Of a DNA stretch of 64,000 nt, positions 23,009 through 36,300 are shown piece by piece. The notes under the pieces are model-generated. The model was not told the origin of the DNA. It ran no database searches and worked only from the letters and a program-made list of their open reading frames with translations. Every line of letters starts with the position of its first letter. The stretch's first letter is position 1. The position numbers were made by a program, and so were the translations under genes. This DNA comes from Takakia lepidozioides (lineage: Eukaryota; Plantae; Bryophyta): contig CM060732.1 of NCBI GenBank assembly GCA_030704615.1, positions 60,326,001 through 60,390,000 on the forward strand. The letters run 5' to 3'.

Positions 23009-24320
23009 GTCCAAACCACATTAATTAGGTTTACTTTACCTCCTAACAAGGTTAAGATGGATTGGACCAATTTTTGGTTCGTTTGACTGCAAATTGGTTA
23101 GACACCTATTGATGCTATTCAATTCCTCATGCTGCCGATTAGGTCCTGGGAGGCCGGATCAACATTTTGGATGAGTTTTGAGGGCAAAAACTGTGAACAA
23201 GCTAATGTGACATATCACGCTTAGGTATGCGGGAGCTAACAAGAGGGTGGCGATTGTCCTACCTGACACTCAGAAGTGCTACGACACCTTGAATCAAAAA
23301 AGGCTCAAAGGCATCCATTCGCAGAAGATACATGATCAACTTAGTGCGAGTGCCTGCCATTTGGTGCCACAAAATAGATGGTATGGGCTCGAGACAAAAC
23401 AAGTCAATACCTTATTAGATGGACATGATTTGTTTTTAGGACGTGGCAGATGCTGCAATGTTAGGCTGGAGTGGAGGGATTGGGCTGTCGTGTTTGGTGA
23501 ATTGTTTTATAAATATTTGAGCTGCCCAAAGGAAAACAATCCCATTTCAACCCCTTGTAATGTCAATACAAAGCGCACAGTGGTCGATACCAATCCAATC
23601 TCGGAAGGTCTTAAATATACTAGAAAACCCCAGGGAAACTCTTCCATCATTTCCATCTTCCCCTGTAAAACTGACAGTGGGAATGTACCTCAACCAACTT
23701 CCAAGTAAATTCTTCACTGAGCCACTGAAAAGTGCTTCAGGAAGTCTGAGTTAATTCATTTGGTGTGTGATCTTGCCTGGTAGAAATTAGTGTTGTTGAC
23801 GAGTTTTATTTCCGAAGGGTTGTGGACTGAAGATGTAGGAGGAAGGAACAAACACAAGTTGCATGTACCCACTAGACCTTCCATGACTTTACACCTCATG
23901 ATAACAAGCAATAAATGCAGTTGCCATCCTTGGGCTGCCTGTTCAATGAACTGAGTACTCCCCAGCTCTGTGACCCCTCAACTCTCTATATAAACGCTGG
24001 TCCCAAATAAGGGGCTCTTCAAAAGGATGATCTTCTCAACGTGTTCCTTCATCCCCCGAAATATGAATGCTACATCACAGGTGAGCAGGTGAGCAAGGTA
24101 ACGTGACCCACAAATTCTAAACAAGACATGCAAGATTGCACAACAGGAAATAGGCTCAATGCTGTACAGATGGCACTCGCATGGAATATGAAACACTACC
24201 AAACAACATAAGGTCCTGATGAGGTGGGGAGTGGCAGCTCTCATCAGATCTGAACCTAAAGTTGCCGATTAACTGGCCTCACTATGTACGCTCATGTGGA
24301 TTGTATTATCACTGCTCCCA

Positions 24321-27300
24321 CTATTGCTCTTGCGGTTGGGCATTCCAACCTCTACCCTCTGTGAACTTTCTGAATCCCAATAACCCGTCCCCCAATAAAC
24401 TACCTACTCCCTTCTCACTACCAGCCTTACCCATGTGTCCTCCTTTACTATGAGCCAGTTCATTCATGTTTGAGAATACATCTCTTGCTGAGTCAGGGAT
24501 ATCAATGTGAGCAGTCGAATGTTCACTGGGAACAGTACTCAACACTGTGTCTGAGTGGCCTCTAGGTTCACCCTTTGCAACTTCCTCTAAATGCCTGGCA
24601 CCCCCTGGCACGGCCCTTGGACTCGTGTTTGAACTGTGACTAAGAGAGTCACCAACATCTGTGGTCAAAACTGCCCTGGACATCATTTCCAACTCTCTGG
24701 ATGCAGATTCCAAATGCACACTCCTAATAAAATCAGAGGTGCCACCAGGAGCCCCCACAATCACACTAGGAGCCAGGTTTGATACCTGGCTTAAAATGGA
24801 ATCGCACCCTCGACCCTCCTCATTTTCGATCCTTGATATTGCTCTGTTCTCTTTATCATCATCTGCATCTGGAGCTTGGAGTGAAACAGGTGGCGCTGAC
24901 GTGTCCTGCAACAACACTGTTGACAATTCTGGCAACTCTGATCCCTTGGCATTTGCCACCGTTGACCTAACCCCCCCAAAGTCTTCTCCCCCCATTACAT
25001 TAGCCCGTTCATTGGAGTTCTTGGAGTGGTGCTTCAGGTGTCCTTCCGGTCTTAGTCTCTTCGAAGCAGCAGTATTGGGGTCATCTCTACTTGCCGAAGG
25101 GGCCAGAGCTTTACGCTTGGCAACAGTATGATCTTCACTTTCAGGCCAGAAGGGATCTGAGGTAGGGGTAGTGCGAAGGCCTTGAGACTTCCTCTCCAAT
25201 ACTGCAGTACCATCCTTGCGATTGCCACCTGCCGGAATGTCCTCATCTTCATCGTCATAATCCACAAGCCCAAATGTGCTGCTCCTGCAAACAATTTCAT
25301 GTCAGTTCTCTGCTTCAGCACGTCCTACTCTTCTTCACATTGATAGGAGCACCCTGCATTCGTAACACTTTCAACAAAATTTCTGAGAGTTCAGACCACT
25401 AGTGGATTTCTTATAGACAGGACCACTTCCTAAAGTGAAGATCAACTCATATAGACAAGCATCTGTTTTCAACTTTACTATGACATAGTCACCAGCTTTG
25501 GCTGGTACATCGTGTTCAGGTCAGATAGATGAACAGACAGGATCAATTGGTAGGGCAGAGTCTCTTAGGAGAGGGGGCATAAAGGGGAGAGCTATATGAA
25601 TTGGAAGGCCGGTGAGTGTAATCAATCAAGAAAATCATCCACAAACATTAAGGGAAGGCAACAAGTGGGAGTCAGCCAGTAAGAGCAGAAGAAATTGACC
25701 TGAAAGGCCCATCCCCAAGTGTAATGCCATTGACAATAACAGCAGGTGTGGACTGCGAGTTCGAAGATGTGCCAAGTCTTGCAGTGGCTGTGTCCTCCTC
25801 GTCATCGCTGCCAGCATACATTCAAACATGATGAGGTTATGCAACTTACTTTCAGGTTGCAAGATATAAACAAGTTGACACAGCTAATGCTCCCCCACAA
25901 ACTTCCAAGCGAAAATAGGCCGACACCCTGTAAATACATCTGGAGAGGAAGTACTTAAAATGGTAAGAGGGTGCATAAAGCTGATGGCTTGGGCCTAGCA
26001 CATCAATCACATGGTTGCCAGCATGCTACCAGCAAAAGACGAACAATGACCATAACAGGGCTCAGGCTGTGATGTCTACCAGATTTCAGGGGGCTATACC
26101 TGTCCTCATTGAAGTAATCCTCCTCCTCCTTGTCCAAAGTGCGTTCATCTTTCCTCTTGCGTCTGTCCCGGTTAGAGCCCAAATGGTTGAGCCTATAACG
26201 CATGCGCTGCATAACATCATGTTCTGGGCTCCTACTGCTCCCAGCCCTCCCTGCCTCCCGTGAACTCACAGGAGGGACCTCCAATGACTGCACAGTTAAC
26301 CTCTGAGACTGTCAGTTGATTTGCTAATAAGCCTGGTAAATACCTAGATCATTTCTCCAACAGCAGCATATAAGAACCTGAGAGGTATGGATGTTCACCA
26401 ATTATTGAATTTGAGCACTCCATACACTTAGAACGCTGTGTAATTAAGGTTCAGGAGGAGAACTGTTTGGAGACACAAGTCCCATATATTTATTCAGGCT
26501 CTTCTTTCCAACCATAAATTCATTGTTCATCTGCTGGCAGACCTCTTAATCATCATAAACCTTCAACATTCTGAGCGTCGCTACCTGGCAAATCCAGGGG
26601 ATCATTTTCCCGTATAATCCTGTGTTAGCATGTCCTTTGTTTGTTTTTGACTCTTTTGTGTCTCACATGACTGCATCTATCCCTAGTGACCAGATCATCC
26701 CATTCTGTCCACATGGTGCCTACCTGGCAGTCAGTACAAGCGACCCTCTAAAAGGACCTCCATAAAATGAAAATGTTAACCAAATATATTTTTGTTATAT
26801 TTCATACATGTTAAGAAAGGTCAGTTAATGGTACATCCATGTAGGGCAGAGTAAACTCCGCACTTACATTTCACTTATAACTGCATCAAGGAGCAAGAGG
26901 AGACCACATTGAACAAAAAATAGATCTTCGCAAGAACATAAAGTACACATATCCAACATAAAGTAGCAAAGAAGAAAGAAAAGAAATTACAAAAGCACTC
27001 AAATTGAGCTGCCATGGACTCCTCTGTCAAGGGAGTATGACCAAAGGCAGGGAATGAGTTTCACCTGCTCATACTTCAGCTTCAGTGAGCGGAATGTATC
27101 AACATAATCAATTGACTCCAATTTGGCACTGAAGTTCTCCACTAAGTAGAGAATAAGACTCTTGATGCCCTCCTGCCATAAGCAGACAATCTTGTTAGCA
27201 GCACCATGTTACGAGTCCAATAGTAGTGAGATTGAAAATATCACCAATGAAGACGACCAGAACGTTCCTGGGAATCTTTACAACACTCTTGAGCAGGAAA

Positions 27301-30300
27301 ATTACTAATGTTATAAAGGCATCAAGAGTCTACACTGCAGGATTCAGGCAACAGGTTCATAACAACTAGGTCTGAAAAAGACACGGGTTTCTTCTACGCA
27401 GGGGCACTCCCTACTTGTCTTGGGAAATTCTGGATTATGAAAGATGATATGAAAGTATTCCTGAGTCATACAAACCAGTCAAAGAGCTTATCCATCTCCA
27501 AGGTCTTCCACCGGTCGTTTCTGAAGTTCTCAGTTGCCATCTCCGCAGAAAAAGTTGCAAAATCCATCCCAGAAATAACTGCTACTAATGAGTTATGCAG
27601 AAGTTGTTTGATGGGTGTGTGCATGCATGAGAGTGAAGCAACACAGAGATAGAGTTTGCAGCATACTTTTTGGATGAAATCGATAAGCTCCAGAACAGCC
27701 GAGTTAAGAAGATTATAGCGATTCCCATTAGCCAAAAAGACTTGTATTACTGGTTCAAACAAGTTGTGTTTAACTATGAACCGGAAGTAAAATTCATCCT
27801 GCACCCACCAAGAGCCATCCAATGCACAAATCCACACATTAACTACCTTGGCAAGATTCTGAAAGGTACTGAAAGTCAAAGAGGCCCCATCTTTTGTTAC
27901 AGGCAAGAGGTCACTGCAATTTGTGCCATCAGCAACCACCTAATTGACAGTAAGTCTCATGAAGACAAGGTAGAGATATGCATGTCCACAGATCCTCTGG
28001 CAAAGAAACCAGCCACTGAGTGGCCAGATTCTAGATGCTGGTAAACCAAAGCTACACGAATGAAAATTCACCTTTAAGGAAACACAGGTACGGAGAAATC
28101 GAACGGCTGCAACGACCAGGTATTTTTCCCTCCTGTGAGTCAACCGTAATATCTTCTCCACTACATTGTTACGCATTACATAATACCTGTTGATGCAGAG
28201 AGAACCAGAGAAGCAAGCAATTCCATGATCAGTACCTCAAGAACTTGCCCCCTTTGGAAAACCATATGTCATTCACAATAACTCGGCAAGGACTAAGCCA
28301 ACCTTTCCAAAATGGGTTTCACACTTTAGCCATGAAAAGGACAATCATGTTCAATGAACAGAATGAAAAGCTGATAAGCACCCAAGCATTTCACATGATG
28401 GACAACACTTCAGAATCTGAAAAGTAACATTGTGCTCTGCCAACTTCGTGGCTCTGGTCTTCATGCAAACAAGTACAAGCGGAGTAATTCTTCCCAAATG
28501 ACTCTGTTTGAGTGACTGGTATGAGCATCAACTATCCCGTTTATAGAAAGTAAGACATTTGTCTGGACCATATAAATAACAGCAAGTATGAGTCCAAGAG
28601 GATTCCAACTCTCTTGGGACCACTCAAGGGGAGCGCAATGGTTTCCACACCTTGATAATCAAACATCCGCAAGCAAGGATGAAAACTGTCTTACTTTATT
28701 CTAAATCGATGATGCTGCACACAGAAACACATTAGTTCGCAGATGTTTCCAAGGATTTCGGGTGAACTTCGATCTCTCCCTTTCACGACCTCTTTTCCAA
28801 TACAGGTGGGGAGATCCTTGGGAAGCTCTGTGCTGCCTGCTTTCGGAGGGCATCCGGCAATGAGCATTTCAACCATCTGGTCCATGTACTTCTCATAGAA
28901 CACATCCAGAAACGTGCTTTTTTCAACCTGGGGCTGTATAATCATGGGCCAGACAAATGTTACTGACTGAACAAGAATCAAGCGACATGAGCATAAAGAT
29001 ATTTCCTCTTCACTCACAGTTTCTGACACATCTCTGAGAACAAGGTGACAGTCCAGAAGGTGGCCAGGAGAGGTCTACAGCATACATCCATTCTCCCATC
29101 CCCTTCCATTTCCAATTTCCCCACCAAGGAAAGCAATCGATTGAGAAAAAGAAAGCAATGGGTGGAACTCTTATCAGTTTCTGAGATGAAGTATGGCAAT
29201 GTACCCCAAGCATTTCCTGACTGAAAAGTCAAGCCATAGTCTCTTCCTGTTATTGAGCTGTAATTAGAAGGGCAGGGGGCTCTAGTCCAATCAAGTATAG
29301 CAGTCAACTCAGGGGCAGACTTGCTGTCCACAATAGATCCTCTACCAGAAGTCTCTTTGAGACAAAGAGTCAGCAATTACACACCCTAAGCAACAATGCA
29401 ACCTCAAAAGTGCGCAATTGGATACCTCCATAGTGTCAGAGTCCAGAAGCATCCGCATTATCTCCAGCAATTGCACTTGCAATCCACCTTCAGTGTGTGT
29501 CAACATCCCCCCCACCTGCAGGTTATTTCAGCACTACATTATGTTACAATCCTCTGCCATTCATGTGCAGTCACACTACCCTCCCTGTGCAGCGAGCCCT
29601 CCCCAAGCCAGAGCAGTGTGGTGTACTCCCAGACAAAGGAGAATGAAAGGGCAGGGAGAGGAACATTCAAATACACATTTTCACAGTAAGCAATTCAAAG
29701 AATAACTAACACCACCAACACAGTCTACAGGAACATGATCCAACGTTTCAATCCGTCTCCTTTACCCATCATCACAATACTTTTATCTCTATAGTGCACT
29801 GCACCTGCTCCCACATTTCCCTCTTAGGCCCCAAGAAGCAAACTTCTACTCTCCTCTGCCTCCTGACTTCCTCTTAACATTCCTCCACTCCTTCCACTCT
29901 CCTCCAATTACCCCCTCCCTCCAAGACAAATGCAGCCACAAAAAGGAAGGAGACAGTGTTTGAGAGTAGACATACCAACTCACTGAAAAGAGCGTGCTGA
30001 TGCTGGTGCACCAGGAACGAGCGCAGCAAGGCTGGGTCATGATTCAACACAACCATCAAGATGTCACACCTGTATCACCATGCCCACGTCCAGTCAGAAC
30101 CACCTCTCACCCCAGGGAGCATCCTTTCTTTAAAAAGTGCTAGGGGCTACACCGTAGGTCAGATAAACAAGGTCGCAGGTGACAACTCCTAACCCTACTG
30201 AAAGACTCGTGCTATCGAAGGAGGACTTGCTGTCTACATACATAGAGGTCCTGTCTCCAGTTTCCAACTTTTCATACTGATGCCTTGTTTGACTGCTGCT

Positions 30301-33300
30301 GTCATAACACAAAAGAGCTGCAAGCACAAGAGGCGAGTGGGAAAGGACAAATCAGAGTACCTAGAACTGACGAGAAAAATTAGTCGCTAGGCAAGATGTG
30401 CTTCATGAGGGGAATCTAAGAGTCATTGGTGGAAGGCTTCTTATGATCACAAAGTCCTCATCACATACACACTACTCAAGTTGGACAATCCATATGAGAG
30501 TCCTTTGCTGAGTCATTGAAACCGTGGCTCTCTAAACGGCTCCAAGTATAAATTGTATGTTCGGGCTTCAGAAGCACAACGTGTAACCTTGTTCTGATGG
30601 GAAAAAATCCGACCCATCACTTTGTTTCACCCTCTAACTTGTGTTTCAAGGTTTTCACTTCCATTGACGGAAAACATAAATAGACTATTAAAATTAACAA
30701 GATTTTTTATCTTCAATAACCATACAATGGACCATATGCAAGGAGTCACAACACAAAGACCATACCCGCTTAATCGAACACTTTCCTCAGAGCTCTTGAG
30801 AATTGTTGTGACGATCTCGAACAAACCCTCTTTGACCAAGGCTCTGGAAACACAAATACCCCACTCTTCATTGATAATGTCACACAAAAAAACGTAATCC
30901 ACACATAGACCTATCATGCAGTCAGTACACAATTCAGCGAGATAGTGAGGAAGTTACAGAGCACTATATGAAAGGAGTAGTATACCCTTTAGTGTAAGAT
31001 ACTGCTTACAATCATAGATCTGAGATTCAAGAGCCAAGAACAGCTGCATCGCCTGAATATTGACCTCCCAATCAGCTCAAATTCACAGAGTATCTCAACG
31101 AGTTGAAGGAAAGAATGTTGGGGCCAATTTTAACCATCCTGGATCTCTATCCACAGAATTACATACCCAAAAAGCTGACTCCGGAGGGAAGCCTGCAAAT
31201 GTTTACTCAAATTACAAAACTCCTGGATGAAGGAAACCTGTTGCTCAGTCCACCACCAATCAACAATGTTACCTTGCTTAATTCTCTCACACAGCAATCA
31301 AACAATCCAGCAAGCATTTGGATAGTTGCTAAATCAATAATACTAAGTTTCCCGCTTTCTTTTAAGAACAGCTCATGCTACTGTCAAGGGAAAGGGAGAA
31401 GCAGGCATATCCTGCAGCTTACCAGGTCTCGCCTGCTTGGCTCAGGTGTGTCAGGTGAACGTAGCTTGGAAAACAACTCTGACAAAAACGCATTGTCGCT
31501 TTGAAGAGATGACACGACCTACCAATTTAAAATAAATCCAGACATGACAAAACAAACAGTACACAAAATCAAACCCTTAAGCATTGCCAATCAAAGAGGT
31601 TTGGCAGATTGCAACAAAAACTAAAGGACCTCTGAAAGTCCTGACTTGGACCAAGGGTACTAATATCCATCACTATTTCAACGTTATACAGGTAACAATC
31701 AGAGCTGTTGTGGCTAACGTATCCATACAGTATATGTAACATTTAGATATACAAGCTGCACAGCAAATGAACCATTTTGCCTCACAACTTGACTTCGACT
31801 GTCTCTCTGGTGGCACATTCCCACATTGAATAAGAACTCACTGCCACATTGTTGAAGAGCATGATGGAGTTGATAGTAGCAGACGTTTGATCGTCCAGCA
31901 CTCTTGGTAGTATTACATCCTACCAAACACATGACAAGTTTTAAGCTTTCAATATCCAATGCAAGGCTTAAGATTTCTGACAATACAGTTCTACACAAGC
32001 AAAAGTTGTACACCTCTACGGTCAACTGTAAACAGGTACTGCAGGAGATTTCAATTGGCACCATCTTGGTTCATCGATGTACAGTCAGTTGGAGGTAAAA
32101 AGGACAGGCCAAAAGCTCAGCAAACATGATGTATGATCATGATGGGTTTTGATTGGCCAAGACTTACACCCACCTCCAAGAGGTGGGTACAGATTTGGTC
32201 CCAAGTCAGCGCCACCTAGGCGCCAACTAGATTTATTTCATTTTGGACCAACTGTAATGCCCAGTGACCAAAGAGCCGTCTGATTTTCCACACCACTCAT
32301 CCCCTAAGGTACAGTGACCCTACAACACAGATTTTACACCAGAAGAAAGATAAGGCGCATGCCCTAGTCACAATTTACAATAGCTGGTCTACTTGGTCCC
32401 AGAAACTGCAATGACCAGAGACCACTGGATCTCAAGCTCCCAAGGAGCACTAGAATTACCTTGATGTATCCAATACGATATGTTTGGTGTATCTTTGACA
32501 AAACTGCAGAGTCATGAATGGGAACAACCTGCATATCCACCACTCTTCATTTTATTGCAAGCTCCTTCTTCCTTGGAACAACAGAGTGAAAACCCCCATG
32601 ATGCAGCAGTTAAAGCCCAGTTTTCTAAGCGGTGATAAGTATCTATGATAGCGCCCTTGCTCACTTTGTGAGTCATGAAGTCGCAGCAGAGAAGTACAAG
32701 AAATTCACAGTTGCACAAAGCCAGAGAGAGAGGTAAAGAAATTCTGTCTACGGGAGGCCATGGGAGACTCCTTGTGCAGGTAAGGCCGCTAAGGGATTTA
32801 ATCCACATAGCCACTGCCAGGGATTAGGAAGGCACCAGTATCTGCCTGAGATCTCATAGCACGCAGTGCACCCCATATTCAGTTACTGTTCAACAGTCGG
32901 CCTTCCAAACTTTAGAACCAGGTTTGTATATTTTATTCTGGGGACATGAGGCTCAGTAAATCATAGGTGCATCAGCAACAAGATCATGACGTTGGATGGC
33001 ACAATTATTTAGGATGAGAGTCGAACCTCTTTGTAAACAACTTGCTCTCTCAAAAATTTACGGTGATCTTGGTGAGATGACAACTCAGGGTCATCTGAAA
33101 CACCAAACAGGAAGTAGTTGATGAGAACTCTTCGTCTTCAAAGCATTATGAGTAGAGTGACATAGGAGATCCACAAACCTCTAGAGGCTAATTTCCAATG
33201 GTTCAATATGGCTTCACCTCCACCACCACCTTCACCTCCATATTGAATTCTTTGACTGAAGAGCATGTCTATATGTTTGATATCTAGACATTTGACTTGT

Positions 33301-36300
33301 AAGATCCAGAACCAAAGCTTGAAATTAGGCCAATTTAAGTTCTTTGCCTACTAACCAGCAGTCATATGAAGCAAGCAACGTCCGCGGGAAGGGGAACACA
33401 GGTGGAGGTGACCTTTTTGGGAGCATAAACTCATCTTTAGGGGACAAAGAGGTGTAATGAACAGAAAACCAGAAAAGGGTCTTGGACATACATTCCAGAG
33501 CCCCGACAATGTCCATGATATACTCATCACTAAAAATTATGTCAAAGATGTGACCATCATTCAGCGAAACTGCAAAAAACCCCAGATATCAGTGGTTGCA
33601 CCAGATTATCGGATCCAAAGACAGTTACCATTGCAAGACTAATAACTGTCTCCATCCATCATTCAACAGCTACAATCGCTTTATCGACTGATGGGTGAGA
33701 GCTGGAGCTCAAGAATCACTACAGGGTAACACATTGAGCCTAAATGATGACCCCTGAGTTGAGCTCCAAATGTTCTCACACTGGCAGGGTTGCACCTAGA
33801 ATCAGGCAAAGGCTTCCTTGAGCACAAAGAGGTGAGGAAACAGGAGTAATGTCCATGCCAACTTTGAAAACAGTACTAAAGAAAGTTAACTTATATTCCA
33901 GTTCCTATTACCTGAATAACTAAGTCACTGTCCGAGATGCACACAATGATACACCTACCGGACACAATGAGGAAGGATGCGCTGTGGTCAAGTCCACTTG
34001 ATCATCCAAAATGGGACACTGAGGACTAATATGTTCAATTAATAGAGGTTCATATGGAGATTTCATTGTGATATCTGGCCCATCATCAGAAATGAAGTCA
34101 TCTGTGAGAAGCAGGCATTTTGAGGGTGTTTCACTTCCAGGTCCTCCCTCAGTGCCTTGCTGGTGGCAAGCATCCACTACATCATCACCAAACAGACCAC
34201 TTGCAGTTGGAACAAAGTGTCTGAAATGAGGGGAGTCACACTTACTAACTCCTTTCACTATTTTGAACATCATGTGAAGACCTTCTAGATTCTTCAGATC
34301 TTCACAATTGCGAAATAGCTCAATCAGCTTGCGTATGTAGTTTTGCTGAAATGGTCCACATGCCAACAGTCACTGTCACAGTAATAGAACTCACCCCAAG
34401 GTGCAAGGTAGGACATTCATACAGCAAAGCAATAAGATACAAATGTGCATGGTGGGTACAGATGCTCAAAACTACCACCGCTGCACAGATATTGAAACCA
34501 TCAGACCACTTCAACCAGTTCTATGCATGGATGAAGAATATTTAAGATGAATCTTAACCAAGTTTGTATACGAGATATTGCTTGCAGCTCCCTCGTTTTA
34601 ATCAGATGTTTGGCATTGGCATCACAAGAACTTCTGACACCCAAGACTTGCCAGAAGGTAAATCTTTTCAGAATTCATGACCCTTGGATCTTCCGGTACA
34701 TACTACAATGGAAAACAAGCACACTACTGACATGCTATAACAATGCTCCTCTCCTAAGGATTAAAAAAACAACAACTGAACTTACTTCATGAACAACCAA
34801 AGATGCAACCCTGTCACGATCGGTGGGCAACACCTCCGCAATAGTCTGCAAAACATGTGTCATAGTACCAAAAAAACTCAAAAACCAAGATAATAACAGG
34901 TATGACTTCTTCAAAAGCAATCCAATGATCATATGGGAAATTGACACATACTTCCAAACCATATTCCAACACGCAGATCCTCTTCCTTCCACTTTACTTA
35001 CTTTTCAGTGCCCTTCGAAACTGGCGGGGGAAACACAGCAACCTTTGTCAGATCTGTTTCCAACTAGAAGATAGGGCACCACTGCTGGAATTACTACTTT
35101 ATAGAATAATGTAGTGCCAGGATATGCGTCAACAGTCGACTCTCTACAACCTGATAATTGTCAACTCGAGCAAGCACTATGGCAATTTGGGGTTGACGTA
35201 AATACCACTTCAGGCAGAAATCCCAGGAATGGCACTGGGAAGGTTAGTGCTGTGCCCTTAGAGTGCACCACAGCTACCAGTCCAGGGAACAGTCAATGAG
35301 CACGTACTCAGAAAAGTAAGCGGAACAACCCAAAATAAAATTTAACCTAAGGACCTTGATCAAAACACGGCAAGCCATGTATGCCAGCCCACTTGAGAGA
35401 CAGGCAAAGTGCAGCCAGCAGTGGCAGATTGGTCAAGCTGACCAATCTCACCCACCCTCTTACTCTAAGAAGCTTCTTCTTCTACTTCTCTCCTTCTGCG
35501 GTTCAATGGATCCATAGGCTCTCTGTATCTAAGTTTGACACTCTTTATTTTGATTATGGGGCAATCTTCAATCTTCAAACTTCCCATGTGCACCAGACAT
35601 GGTGATCCGTGAGCGACCTTACACCAAAAAATCACGTGTCCAATGACAGTAAATTCATCATCCAGCCTTCTTACCTCTCCTCTTTGTTCTCATATCCTTC
35701 TTTAGGAACAGGATAACTTTACACTCAGTCCTGTGAGGCCGATCATTTTGCCTTTCTAAGATCCACCAAAGATACTCTTGAGATTCATCGGCCTTGGTAG
35801 AGGCCTTCAGTTAGGAGGATTTGAGTGTAACAGCTAACCTACACAAGGCTTGGGGTCTGAGTTCTGTTTCTGTAGTTCTAGAGTGCTACAGTCATACATG
35901 GGCCCTTTGAGCCGTCCAAGGACATAACAACTGTCGTCTTCTCTCTCTCACCTTGCCTGAGCCAAAAGCCCAGGCCCTCCTGAGGCCTAGTTTTTGGGCA
36001 AATCACACACAGCAGATTGATGCTTGTGTGAAGGGATTTCTAGAGGATATCTGGAAAACCCGGATTAATGCTTTATATGGAGGTAAGTCTTACTACCAAC
36101 GTCAGCCCCTGACAGAGGTAGGTTCTGTCCCTTTTGTTCCCGCTCAAACTGGGCGCGGGGTCAATGGCCACAAGGCTACGGCAAACAACGTCTTATGAGT
36201 ACAATCTCTCTCACCTTGTCTCTGGTCGCTGTTTGGTGATATTTTAGGAAAATTCTTGTTGCTCTTTGCCCTTCCAGCTCACTATTGAGGTGATGGAATC

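Noticed and set aside
23247-23708. 153-aa + strand ORF
   Set aside because: GTG start, no recognisable motif, located downstream of the PP4R3 3' end.
33640-33770. Short intronic matches to PP4R3 exons 9 and 10 (one inverted, ATGACCCCTGAGTTG)
   Set aside because: Matches are only 12-15 nt and compatible with chance.
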